From a virus (Duplodnaviria; Caudoviricetes): 26,653 nt of DNA. The stretch covers positions 1-26,653 of IMG/VR virus record IMGVR_UViG_3300025645_000384; one strand, 5' to 3'. Position numbers and translations under genes: made by a program. This document shows positions 19,449 through 26,652 of the stretch, piece after piece. The notes beneath the pieces were generated by a model. That model ran no database searches. It was not told the DNA's origin and worked only from the letters and a program-made list of their open reading frames with translations. Within the stretch, counting starts at the first letter, position 1. Each line of letters begins with the position of its first letter.

Positions 19449-20178
19449 ATATAGAACCTTTTACAAAGTCCTCGTACGTCTTAACTGTCTTTAGCTTAAA
19501 CCTAAAGGTGTACCTATAACCGACACCTAGTTGTAACTCTAGGTAGAGCCTACCCACCAGCTTTCTAACTGTTGAGTACCTCCAGTACAGCTTATTCTTT
19601 ATCTTAAACCACAGGAACACTGTACCTATAGCTGAGTACTTTAGTGACAGATACTCGCCTGTGTTGTGACTCCACTTACCATCCCTATCCACATACATCA
19701 TCACAGCTACATTTGATAGGGCTATAGGCTTACCATCCCTAGTAAGGCTACCAGACTCTGATACGTGAACCTCTTCACCCTCTATGGGCACGAGCTCAGT
19801 GTGCATGTTCCACATTGGGTTACGAAGGGCTAGCCATCTATAGCTTGTCCAGAAGTTGTCCCTTGTTATACCCTTAGCTACCTTCCAGTACTCTGCACCG
19901 TACAGACCGTCTTCATCGTCGAACCACCACCACAGTGGCTTCTTATCAGCCCAAACAAGCCACCCACCGTCTTCATCGAACAGTACCCCACCCTCATCAT
20001 TAAACAGGGCGTCACCGTTGCTATCGAACAGCATATCATCGTCCTCTGTGTCAGGGCGGCTCTTATAGTTCCTTAGCATGTACGCTATTGGATATAGTAT
20101 AGGTGCTGTTAGTAGTGCTATCAGCGGTAGTGTCATTACTACTACCCACTTCATTATGCTTAAAATCTTCTGTATCAT
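19447..20178 (-). CDS. Trp-rich membrane-anchored hypothetical protein
   Basis: 243 aa. N-terminal hydrophobic helix WVVVMTLPLIALLTAPILYPIAYML, acidic repeat insert, WWWFDDEDGLYG and YRWLALRNP motifs. Confidence 0.7.
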   Translation of the reverse strand: MIQKILSIMKWVVVMTLPLIALLTAPILYPIAYMLRNYKSRPDTEDDDMLFDSNGDALFNDEGGVLFDEDGGWLVWADKKPLWWWFDDEDGLYGAEYWKVAKGITRDNFWTSYRWLALRNPMWNMHTELVPIEGEEVHVSESGSLTRDGKPIALSNVAVMMYVDRDGKWSHNTGEYLSLKYSAIGTVFLWFKIKNKLYWRYSTVRKLVGRLYLELQLGVGYRYTFRFKLKTVKTYEDFVKGSI

Positions 20179-20203
20179 ATTAAACTATTTAAAATATTAG
20201 TAT

Positions 20204-20237
20204 AAAAAACCCCTAACAAGTAAATGCTAGGGGTTTT
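20204..20237 (-). terminator. Intrinsic terminator (minus-strand preferred, possibly bidirectional)
   Basis: AAAACCCCTAACA-agtaaa-TGCTAGGGGTTTT. The A/C mismatch on + becomes a G-U pair on -, and the A-run at 20204-20209 gives the U-tract. Confidence 0.8.
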
Positions 20238-20254
20238 AATTAAGTTGGCTATAC

Positions 20255-20560
20255 CTAGTACGCTTCCAGATTACCTTGGTCGTTTAGTCTGAAGTTAGCC
20301 TTTGTACCCTTGGTCTTTCCTGCTAGACTTTGAGAGCTTCCTCTAACCTTCTTACTGACGGTCTTAATCTTACGAACCTTAGCGTCCGCTACAGAGTCTG
20401 TAGCTCTGCCCTGCTCGTAGGTCTTCTTACCGCTAGCTACTAGCTTGGCTTGTCTGTCTGACAACTGCTGACCTCTCTTATCCTTGTTAGCTGTGCTGTC
20501 AATCTTCTTTCTAGGGTCTGTCACCTTGTGCTTCCCTCCTTTGTTCTTTCCTACTGGCAT
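20255..20560 (-). CDS. Small, highly basic hypothetical protein
   Basis: 101 aa, Lys/Arg-rich, few hydrophobics. Starts 1 nt after the stop of the 44-aa ORF and ends before a terminator. Confidence 0.7.
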   Translation of the reverse strand: MPVGKNKGGKHKVTDPRKKIDSTANKDKRGQQLSDRQAKLVASGKKTYEQGRATDSVADAKVRKIKTVSKKVRGSSQSLAGKTKGTKANFRLNDQGNLEAY

Positions 20561-20561
20561 G

Positions 20562-20696
20562 TTATTTCTTGTCCTTTAGTTGCTTATGCAGCTCATCAAT
20601 CTTGTCTGCGTATTTACCTATTACTGCTTGGTTGTTTCTGTAGACAAAGATTGCTACTACTCCACCAACTGCTAATCCTAATAAAAAGTTTACCAT
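20562..20696 (-). CDS. 44-aa single-pass membrane peptide (not in ORF track)
   Basis: Translated by hand: MVNFLLGLAVGGVVAIFVYRNNQAVIGKYADKIDELHKQLKDKK*. It has a promoter core about 25 nt upstream and an A-rich leader, and abuts the next gene. Confidence 0.8.
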   Translation of the reverse strand: MVNFLLGLAVGGVVAIFVYRNNQAVIGKYADKIDELHKQLKDKK

Positions 20697-20718
20697 ATCG
20701 TTTATGTTTTAAGTTATA

Positions 20719-20738
20719 TGCAAAGATACAAATAATAT
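20719..20738 (-). promoter_or_regulatory. Bacteroidota-type promoter (ATATTATTTG-TATCTTTGCA)
   Basis: Plus strand TGCAAAGATACAAATAATAT. 18 bp (20721-20738) are identical to 21568-21585. Confidence 0.7.
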
Positions 20739-20745
20739 CTTTATG

Positions 20746-21477
20746 TTAAAATGTATTGAATGTTGCAAGACCTAATGCCTTGGCTCTCCTAATCACCCTT
20801 ACACTATCATCGAATACTCCTACTATGTAGCTGTCCTCAGCGACCCTTCTCCAGACCTGCTCCTTAACAACCCAGTCGGGTCTACAGTCTCCTTTAGATT
20901 TAGTGTACAAATCATCGTATGTAAGGATGCCGTTATACGCTATACTGACAGGACTCTCTGATATGAAGCACCTATCGTTATCTACGTTCTGTATAAGCTC
21001 TACAGGTGTAAAGTCTATAGGTTCTTTAGACAACTGCTGCATAAGTGTAACAAACCTGTTGTACTGCTTAGTAATTACTACCTCACCCACCATCCTACTG
21101 CGTGAGATATCTCTATCCAGTGCTTTGTCCAGTTCAATTTCAAATACGACAACCTCAGAGGGTACGTTCCAGTACCTATAATTCTTTAAGTACCTGTGTG
21201 TCAAGTTAGTAGCGTCTATGATGACCTTCTTACCCATATCGAGCCCCTCACTGATTAGCGTCTCCTCATACTGTGTGACCTGCTCCTCTAAGGTTTTAAG
21301 GTCTAGTCTGGTGTAGTATTTATCTACAGAGGTCTCTGTGTAGCCAAACAGGAGCTCTCTTATCTTGTCCCTGTTAACTATGGTGTAAAGGTTGGGGTTC
21401 TTAATCCACTTCTCGTGAGCCCAAGTAGATTTACCAGAGCCGCTTATTCCTATTGTTATTATTAAACTTCCTCTCAT
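20746..21477 (-). CDS. pseT: Polynucleotide kinase (T4 PseT-like) with degenerate 3'-phosphatase domain
   Basis: P-loop GISGSGKSTWA, NRDKIR, IIDATNL. The C-terminus keeps RPDWVVKE and VFDD of the HAD domain but lacks DxDGT. Confidence 0.75.
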   Translation of the reverse strand: MRGSLIITIGISGSGKSTWAHEKWIKNPNLYTIVNRDKIRELLFGYTETSVDKYYTRLDLKTLEEQVTQYEETLISEGLDMGKKVIIDATNLTHRYLKNYRYWNVPSEVVVFEIELDKALDRDISRSRMVGEVVITKQYNRFVTLMQQLSKEPIDFTPVELIQNVDNDRCFISESPVSIAYNGILTYDDLYTKSKGDCRPDWVVKEQVWRRVAEDSYIVGVFDDSVRVIRRAKALGLATFNTF

Positions 21478-21496
21478 GTTATTATATTTAGGTGAT

Positions 21497-21525
21497 AAAA
21501 ATACCCCCTAATCTCTTAGGAGGTA
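21497..21525 (-). terminator. Intrinsic terminator
   Basis: Minus strand TACCTCCTAA-gaga-TTAGGGGGTA followed by TTTTT. One G-U pair forms only on the minus strand. Confidence 0.75.
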
Positions 21526-21563
21526 CTTATTTTAATAAACTTAAAACACGAAGATGACTCTCT
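21497..21563 (-). ncRNA. Candidate ~65-nt small RNA (or attenuated leader)
   Basis: A promoter core at 21568-21575 points directly into a terminator about 45-70 nt downstream, with no ATG in between. The start position is estimated. Confidence 0.35.
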
Positions 21564-21565
21564 TA

Positions 21566-21585
21566 TACAAAGATACAAATAATAT
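21566..21585 (-). promoter_or_regulatory. Bacteroidota-type promoter (ATATTATTTG-TATCTTTGTA)
   Basis: Plus strand TACAAAGATACAAATAATAT, second copy of the 18-bp block. Confidence 0.65.
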
Positions 21586-21605
21586 ACGTGCCTTAAATTT
21601 CATAG

Positions 21606-21767
21606 CTAGATTAGTTTCTTGTAGTGCTTAATCAGCTTATGCATCTTACTGTCGTAGTACTCATCGAAGGTGTCGAAGTCCTCGCTGTCCTTATCAAATA
21701 GTGCGAAGAATACATTCCTTAGCTGCTTCGATGGTGAGTCTGGTTTAATCCTCTTTGTTCTGCTCAT
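21606..21767 (-). CDS. 53-aa hypothetical protein (not in ORF track)
   Basis: MSRTKRIKPDSPSKQLRNVFFALFDKDSEDFDTFDEYYDSKMHKLIKHYKKLI*. ATGA overlap with the upstream nuclease stop. Confidence 0.8.
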   Translation of the reverse strand: MSRTKRIKPDSPSKQLRNVFFALFDKDSEDFDTFDEYYDSKMHKLIKHYKKLI

Positions 21768-22459
21768 ATTAATCCTATTAGTTTTAAGTACGCTGTGTAG
21801 TACGCTGAAATCTCCTCAGCCACCTCTTGAACCTGTGCCAGTACAACGTCACACCTCTCCTCTGATATCGGTCTATCAATAACTGCTGCCTCAAGTGTAA
21901 GGTTTAAATCCTCACCTGCAAAGGCGTTACCAGAGCGTCCTATAAGCACCACAGAGCCCTTCTCTGGGTAGTGCCCGTACTCTTGGGCTAAAGCTGCTGC
22001 GTAGATGTCTACCTGCCAGTAGTCCTCTGATTCATACTCTGGAGACCTCTTCTCGATATCACCAGTCTTGTAGTCTGCTAGCTCCTTAACGTACGAAAAT
22101 GGTATATCGTGCACCATATACATATCAGGTGCAGTATTAGTATCTATATAACCTAGCACATAGAACCCGTCCATCTTAAGCCGTATCACCCTCTCAAACT
22201 CATCTAGGCTTGGTAGGGTCTGAAGGAACTCTGCCTCATCATCCTCCCACACTGAGAAGTCGTTGTTCTCATAAGACTCACCAACCTTAGTACCGAAGTC
22301 TCCGTAGAGCTGCAGTGCTGCGTTGTCATCCTTCTCACCGAAGAAGTAGTTCCTCATGTAGTCACGCTTACTACGTTTCCACTTACTCAACTGCGAGTAG
22401 GAGATGTAGTAGTCTCCGTTCTCGTCAGTCCTTGGTAGTATCAATTGTTTCTTACTCAT
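21764..22459 (-). CDS. PD-(D/E)XK nuclease (RecB/AddA-like phage exonuclease)
   Basis: ISYSQLSKW, FGTKV, E...GYIDT, DYKTG and QVDIYA motifs. Confidence 0.8.
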   Translation of the reverse strand: MSKKQLILPRTDENGDYYISYSQLSKWKRSKRDYMRNYFFGEKDDNAALQLYGDFGTKVGESYENNDFSVWEDDEAEFLQTLPSLDEFERVIRLKMDGFYVLGYIDTNTAPDMYMVHDIPFSYVKELADYKTGDIEKRSPEYESEDYWQVDIYAAALAQEYGHYPEKGSVVLIGRSGNAFAGEDLNLTLEAAVIDRPISEERCDVVLAQVQEVAEEISAYYTAYLKLIGLI

Positions 22460-23370
22460 TATATTAATGCCTTTAGGTGTGCCTTAGTAATCTTAGTCTT
22501 CTTGTTCTTAGCTGTGGATGTCATAGCTGTAAGGACTACTATAGCTTTGTCCTTCTCATCCTTATCCATACCATCCAGCAGAGCCTTAAGCTCCTTCTTC
22601 TCAGATGCACCATACTTACCACCGTTAAGCAGCCTTGTGAACAGTGTGTCCTCTACAACCTCTTCCTTAACCGTAGGCTCTGCAACCTCTAGAGGCTCTT
22701 CTATCCTCATACACTTGAATACGTTTATAGTGGTAACCACATCCTTCCTGCAGTACTCAGATATTCTAGCTAGACCCTTTTTACCTTGAGCCCAGTATAC
22801 TCTACCTACTTCAGCACCTGCCACATCATCCTTTGGGGATGGTAGACCAAAAGCTGTAGCTACGTTAAGGAGTGACGCCCTCTCAAAGCTATTACCCTTC
22901 CACTCTAATGCTAGGTCGGTGTCTACTATATCCCAAGGCTTTAATCCTGAGGAGTCTACCTTGTCGTGAGGTGTAATCTTGTTGATGACCATACGCTTGT
23001 AGATGAATGGTGTATCGAAGCTGTGGTTTACAAAGCCCACTAGGTTACACTTAAGATTCCTCTCCAGTATATCATTGAACCCGTGCAGTAACTCCTTCTC
23101 ACTATCATGGTCTAGAGTTATTAGGTGTATCTTACCCTTGACAATCTTACCCACCACAATGGATATGACCTTAGCAAACTCTGGATACAGACCAGACTTA
23201 ATAGAGTACGACTCTATAATCTCATCGTTGGTCATCTCACCACTCTTATTTACCTTGTAAGCCCAGCTATCAAATAATGGTGTGTCTAGCTTTAGCTTAG
23301 GGACTACTGACGCAGTCTCGATGTCGAAGAACAGTAACCTATCCTCTTTTAGTTTCTTTAGTACTCTCAT
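22459..23370 (-). CDS. DEDD 3'-5' exonuclease related to the PolB proofreading domain
   Basis: ExoI LFFDIET, ExoII VNHSFDTPF, ExoIII YCRKDV, plus a basic helical C-terminal extension. Confidence 0.8.
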   Translation of the reverse strand: MRVLKKLKEDRLLFFDIETASVVPKLKLDTPLFDSWAYKVNKSGEMTNDEIIESYSIKSGLYPEFAKVISIVVGKIVKGKIHLITLDHDSEKELLHGFNDILERNLKCNLVGFVNHSFDTPFIYKRMVINKITPHDKVDSSGLKPWDIVDTDLALEWKGNSFERASLLNVATAFGLPSPKDDVAGAEVGRVYWAQGKKGLARISEYCRKDVVTTINVFKCMRIEEPLEVAEPTVKEEVVEDTLFTRLLNGGKYGASEKKELKALLDGMDKDEKDKAIVVLTAMTSTAKNKKTKITKAHLKALI

Positions 23371-23395
23371 ATTCTATTAAATTTATATTAGTTTA

Positions 23396-23560
23396 TTACT
23401 CCTCTACTCTAACTACCCAACCCTCGGCTATTAAATCTTTAACTACTTGGGCGTAATCTTCACGGTCTATGTTGTAAGGCATGAAGATGGTCTTAGAACT
23501 ACTATCTACGTACCTCTTAGTGCCGCACCTCTCGTACAGCCATTCTCTATTTTTACTCAT
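23396..23560 (-). CDS. 54-aa hypothetical protein (not in ORF track)
   Basis: MSKNREWLYERCGTKRYVDSSSKTIFMPYNIDREDYAQVVKDLIAEGWVVRVEE*. It fills the gap and overlaps the upstream gene end by 8 nt. Confidence 0.7.
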   Translation of the reverse strand: MSKNREWLYERCGTKRYVDSSSKTIFMPYNIDREDYAQVVKDLIAEGWVVRVEE

Positions 23561-24545
23561 CCTGTGGGTTATTAAAGTTATCTATAAGGTCTTGGAGATA
23601 CCTGTTGTACTCCCTGTGTGATATCTTAAACTGAACGTCATCCACGTTACACTTCATAATATACTGCAGTGTACCCGACGCAGTTCTGATAGCCTTGAAG
23701 AGTGATACATCAGTGCCACCACAGTGCGGGCAGCTATACTTCTCACCTCCCTCAAACGCACCTACATGTACAACGTGTCCCATGTACTTCCTAATCTTTA
23801 GGTATATCTCCTCTGTTGTGATGATGTCACCCACGTTGTAGTCTATCATCTTCTGGATGTACTCTGCCTGCTGCTCAGGTGTACCATCCTCAATCATGTC
23901 CCACATCAGGATGCCCTCATGAGACTGCTTAAGGGTAACCCCTATATAGTCTGCTAGGAATGCCATAGAGTAGCTCAGTAGTCTGAACAGCCTCTTAGAC
24001 TGCTTGATAAGGTCAAAAGACTTGACGTGTACATTAACGAATAGGTTATACTTCATAGCCCTAGCATTTATCCACCTGTCGTCGAAGTTCTTGTTGTTGT
24101 ACCCCACCACCATATCAGCTGTGTTGTACACCTCTAAGAAGTCCTTCATAAGCTGCTCGTCGGTGTGGGTCTTCATGTCCCACTTAAGATGGTGAACCTT
24201 GTCCTCCCCTAGCCACTTCCAAGAGACGGATATTATAGTAGGCTCACCCCTAATCTGCTTGTAGTTAATGTACGTCTTACCCGTCCAGAAGAGCTTAGCG
24301 GACACCCTAGAGGTCTCTATATCGTATATAAGTATCTTAGCAGGGTCGACTACATTTGAAGCCATTAGACCGAGCCCTAGCTTGTTAGCCCACTCTCTAA
24401 TTGTACGCTTAGATACGTTAAAGTATTCAGACAGTGTGTCTTGAACCTCATCTCTTGTAAGAGCCTTCTTGTTATCTCTGTATGTAGGGTCGTACAGCTT
24501 GGCTATAAGATTCCTGTTGTCTGCTGTTAGATTTTTAAACTTCAT
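23553..24545 (-). CDS. HTH + RNase H-fold DEDD exonuclease + Zn-ribbon-like protein
   Basis: HTH-like LSEYFNVSKRTIREWANKLGL; ILIYDIETS, GYNNKNFD, YNVGDI; C-terminal CPHCG...MKC. Confidence 0.75.
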   Translation of the reverse strand: MKFKNLTADNRNLIAKLYDPTYRDNKKALTRDEVQDTLSEYFNVSKRTIREWANKLGLGLMASNVVDPAKILIYDIETSRVSAKLFWTGKTYINYKQIRGEPTIISVSWKWLGEDKVHHLKWDMKTHTDEQLMKDFLEVYNTADMVVGYNNKNFDDRWINARAMKYNLFVNVHVKSFDLIKQSKRLFRLLSYSMAFLADYIGVTLKQSHEGILMWDMIEDGTPEQQAEYIQKMIDYNVGDIITTEEIYLKIRKYMGHVVHVGAFEGGEKYSCPHCGGTDVSLFKAIRTASGTLQYIMKCNVDDVQFKISHREYNRYLQDLIDNFNNPQDE

Positions 24546-24711
24546 CCTTTATTAGATTTGATTTTAAATGTTTTAGAGACTCTACCATAGCGTCAATCAA
24601 TACCGACACCTCTTTGAACTCCCCATCCATAAGGCTCTCGTAGATATCATCAACCCCATCGTGTAGGCTGTTTGTTATACCATTTATACTAACGGCTTTA
24701 TTCTTGTCCAT
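24535..24711 (-). CDS. 58-aa helical hypothetical protein (not in ORF track)
   Basis: MDKNKAVSINGITNSLHDGVDDIYESLMDGEFKEVSVLIDAMVESLKHLKSNLIKDEV*. It overlaps both neighbours and fills the gap. Confidence 0.75.
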   Translation of the reverse strand: MDKNKAVSINGITNSLHDGVDDIYESLMDGEFKEVSVLIDAMVESLKHLKSNLIKDEV

Positions 24712-25204
24712 ATCCTTCTTGTATTAAAATTTCAATTACCTTCTTACAGTCCTTTTTATTCCTAGGCACAAAGAGTAGCACCTCCTGCTCTAGGCTGTTC
24801 ATCTGCTTCTTGAACAGTCTCCAAGTCCTAGAGAAGTCTGGCATAGCCCTACCCTTTGTCTCTATGACCCACTGCAGGTCTTCTGCTACGGGGTTGGTGA
24901 AGTCTGGTGTGTAGATTGCATCTCTAAATGTCTTCTTACCCCTGTCCTTAAAATCACCCTTGCCGTTCATAAACTTCTCGAATGAGATTCCTGCGTACTT
25001 GAACCCCTCATCGATTGTAAACTTCTGACCCTCGTAGGAGAACTTGATACCCGCTGCCATTAGCTCATCATTCATCTCTAGCTCTAGACCAGACTTGAAG
25101 ATGTTACCGTTACTCTTGACCGCCTTAGCATTAGTCTGCCTGTTATAACCCCTCTTAGTCTTCTTCTTTGAGGTCTTCCTCATCGTTTTCTTTACTACCG
25201 CCAT
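24698..25204 (-). CDS. T7 endonuclease I-like Holliday junction resolvase
   Basis: FKSGLE, FSYE, YTPDF and IETKG match T7 gp3-family motifs. The start could be the second Met at 25183. Confidence 0.8.
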   Translation of the reverse strand: MAVVKKTMRKTSKKKTKRGYNRQTNAKAVKSNGNIFKSGLELEMNDELMAAGIKFSYEGQKFTIDEGFKYAGISFEKFMNGKGDFKDRGKKTFRDAIYTPDFTNPVAEDLQWVIETKGRAMPDFSRTWRLFKKQMNSLEQEVLLFVPRNKKDCKKVIEILIQEGYGQE

Positions 25205-25742
25205 ACTTGTGTGTTAAGTGTCCCTCGATTGTTTTAATGTAGGCATCAAGGTTACCTATACTGTCTAGTGTCTTTAAGAGCTTTAATATATAGTCCTTGT
25301 CGTGCTCATCCAACCAGTCTATAAACTCATCAATAGACATCTCTTTAACCAACTCCTCTACAGCCTTATCCTGTCCAGCACTTGCTCCTGATAATGTCCA
25401 GTGTATCTCAAACTCTGTGTCCTCTTTATCATCTTCGCTCTTACCACTCCAAGCCTTCTTTAGCTCCTCAAGGGCGTCGTCAACCTCCTTGTCAAGCTCC
25501 TGCTCGAACTTGTTGCCCTCAGCCCACTTATCATACCTCTTAAGCTCGTCGTCATCCTCATCCCTCTTTGCTCCACCATTATACCAGTCGCCTGTAAGCC
25601 TTAGGTGTGGCTTGTCAGCCTTGTTTAGGTTCTTCTGAGCCTCTCCCATAGTGTCGCCACTAAGGAATAAATCTCCTACCAACCCCTCTAACTCGCCTGT
25701 CTTAAAGTTCAGTGCGAAAAACTCGGTCTCCCATATCTTCAT
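25155..25742 (-). CDS. Acidic hypothetical protein (195 aa)
   Basis: Start moved to the ATG at 25742 (MKIWETEFF), just after the polymerase stop. About 54 of 195 residues are Asp/Glu by hand count. Confidence 0.7.
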   Translation of the reverse strand: MKIWETEFFALNFKTGELEGLVGDLFLSGDTMGEAQKNLNKADKPHLRLTGDWYNGGAKRDEDDDELKRYDKWAEGNKFEQELDKEVDDALEELKKAWSGKSEDDKEDTEFEIHWTLSGASAGQDKAVEELVKEMSIDEFIDWLDEHDKDYILKLLKTLDSIGNLDAYIKTIEGHLTHKYGGSKENDEEDLKEED

Positions 25743-25752
25743 ATAAATAGTT

Positions 25753-26652
25753 TTAGTGTATTTCTGCGTAGCTGTTACCAAACTGTACGTCAATGTCTAA
25801 ATCTCTGTTTAGCTTAAGCTGCTTGTTTGTTAGCTGTATAGCATCCTTTAATAACTTAGTCACCTCATCCCTGTGACCTTTCTTAACTGTAAGTATAACC
25901 TCATCATGCATCTGACCAGTAATCTGTGCCCTGTTGCTCATGAAGTTGTGAATCCACATATCGAAGCAGAAGACTCCAGTACCTTGGTTTAGTGTTGAGA
26001 ACCTATCCTTGTCAGTCCTTAGTGAGTACCAGAATTTACTGATTGGGTTGAACAGCCACATGCTGTCTAGACACCTCTTAGTCTTCTGAGCCTCTGCAAT
26101 CTTCTTAACAGACCAGTTACGCTCCCAGTACTTCTCGACCAGATTGACACCCTCTTGTTTGGTCATATCTGCTCCCCTAGCCACTGTTGCACCACCTGCC
26201 CCGTATACACACGCATAGTTAGCTGTCTTAGCCTTAGCCCTCTCAGCTCCGAACCTCTCAGTGCCATCCTTATGAGCTTGAGCCTGCTGCTCTGTCAAGA
26301 AACCTGCTACAACAGCTAAATCTAGATGGGGGTCGAAGTCATCAGTCTGCATCTCCTTTACATACTCAGGGTCATATTTCCACATGTAATGCTGCTTAGT
26401 CCTGTCCTCTAAGGATGACATATCAGAGCCACATAGTTCATAACCCTCTGGAGCTATTAGACACCCTCTAACCTCCTCACCATAAGGCTTACCCACTGAC
26501 GGTAGGTTCACAACCACCTTGTGTTTAAACCTTAGTGTGTTAGTTAGACCTTGAATCTCAGCCCTGATATACCCACTATCATCAACATTCTTTAGGAACG
26601 TCTTCAGTACTGGTATCCTATGTGTTAGAACAGATAGACCTTCAAGGACTAC
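25753..26652 (-). CDS. polA: Family A DNA polymerase, C-terminal part (5' end outside window)
   Basis: Motif A GSDMSSLEDR, motif B RAKAKTANYACVYG, motif C QMHDE. The frame stays open from 26517 to the window edge (...VLEGLSVLTHRIPVLKTFLKNVDDSGYIRAEIQGLTNTLRFKHK). Confidence 0.93.
   Translation of the reverse strand, partial: VVLEGLSVLTHRIPVLKTFLKNVDDSGYIRAEIQGLTNTLRFKHKVVVNLPSVGKPYGEEVRGCLIAPEGYELCGSDMSSLEDRTKQHYMWKYDPEYVKEMQTDDFDPHLDLAVVAGFLTEQQAQAHKDGTERFGAERAKAKTANYACVYGAGGATVARGADMTKQEGVNLVEKYWERNWSVKKIAEAQKTKRCLDSMWLFNPISKFWYSLRTDKDRFSTLNQGTGVFCFDMWIHNFMSNRAQITGQMHDEVILTVKKGHRDEVTKLLKDAIQLTNKQLKLNRDLDIDVQFGNSYAEIH

Noticed and set aside
21764-22459. Cas4 call for the PD-(D/E)XK nuclease
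   Set aside because: It lacks the four-cysteine Fe-S cluster motif, and no array or cas genes are present.
19856-25638. Plus-strand ORFs over the replication arm, including 20528-20749
   Set aside because: They are antisense to well-supported minus-strand genes; 20528-20749 overlaps the 44-aa gene and its promoter.
25743-25793. Track start of the acidic protein at 25793
   Set aside because: It overlaps the polymerase end; the ATG at 25742 has a typical AT-rich leader right after the polymerase stop.
26515-26517. GTG at 26517 as the polymerase start (split or short polymerase)
   Set aside because: The frame is open to the window edge and encodes further Pol A sequence.
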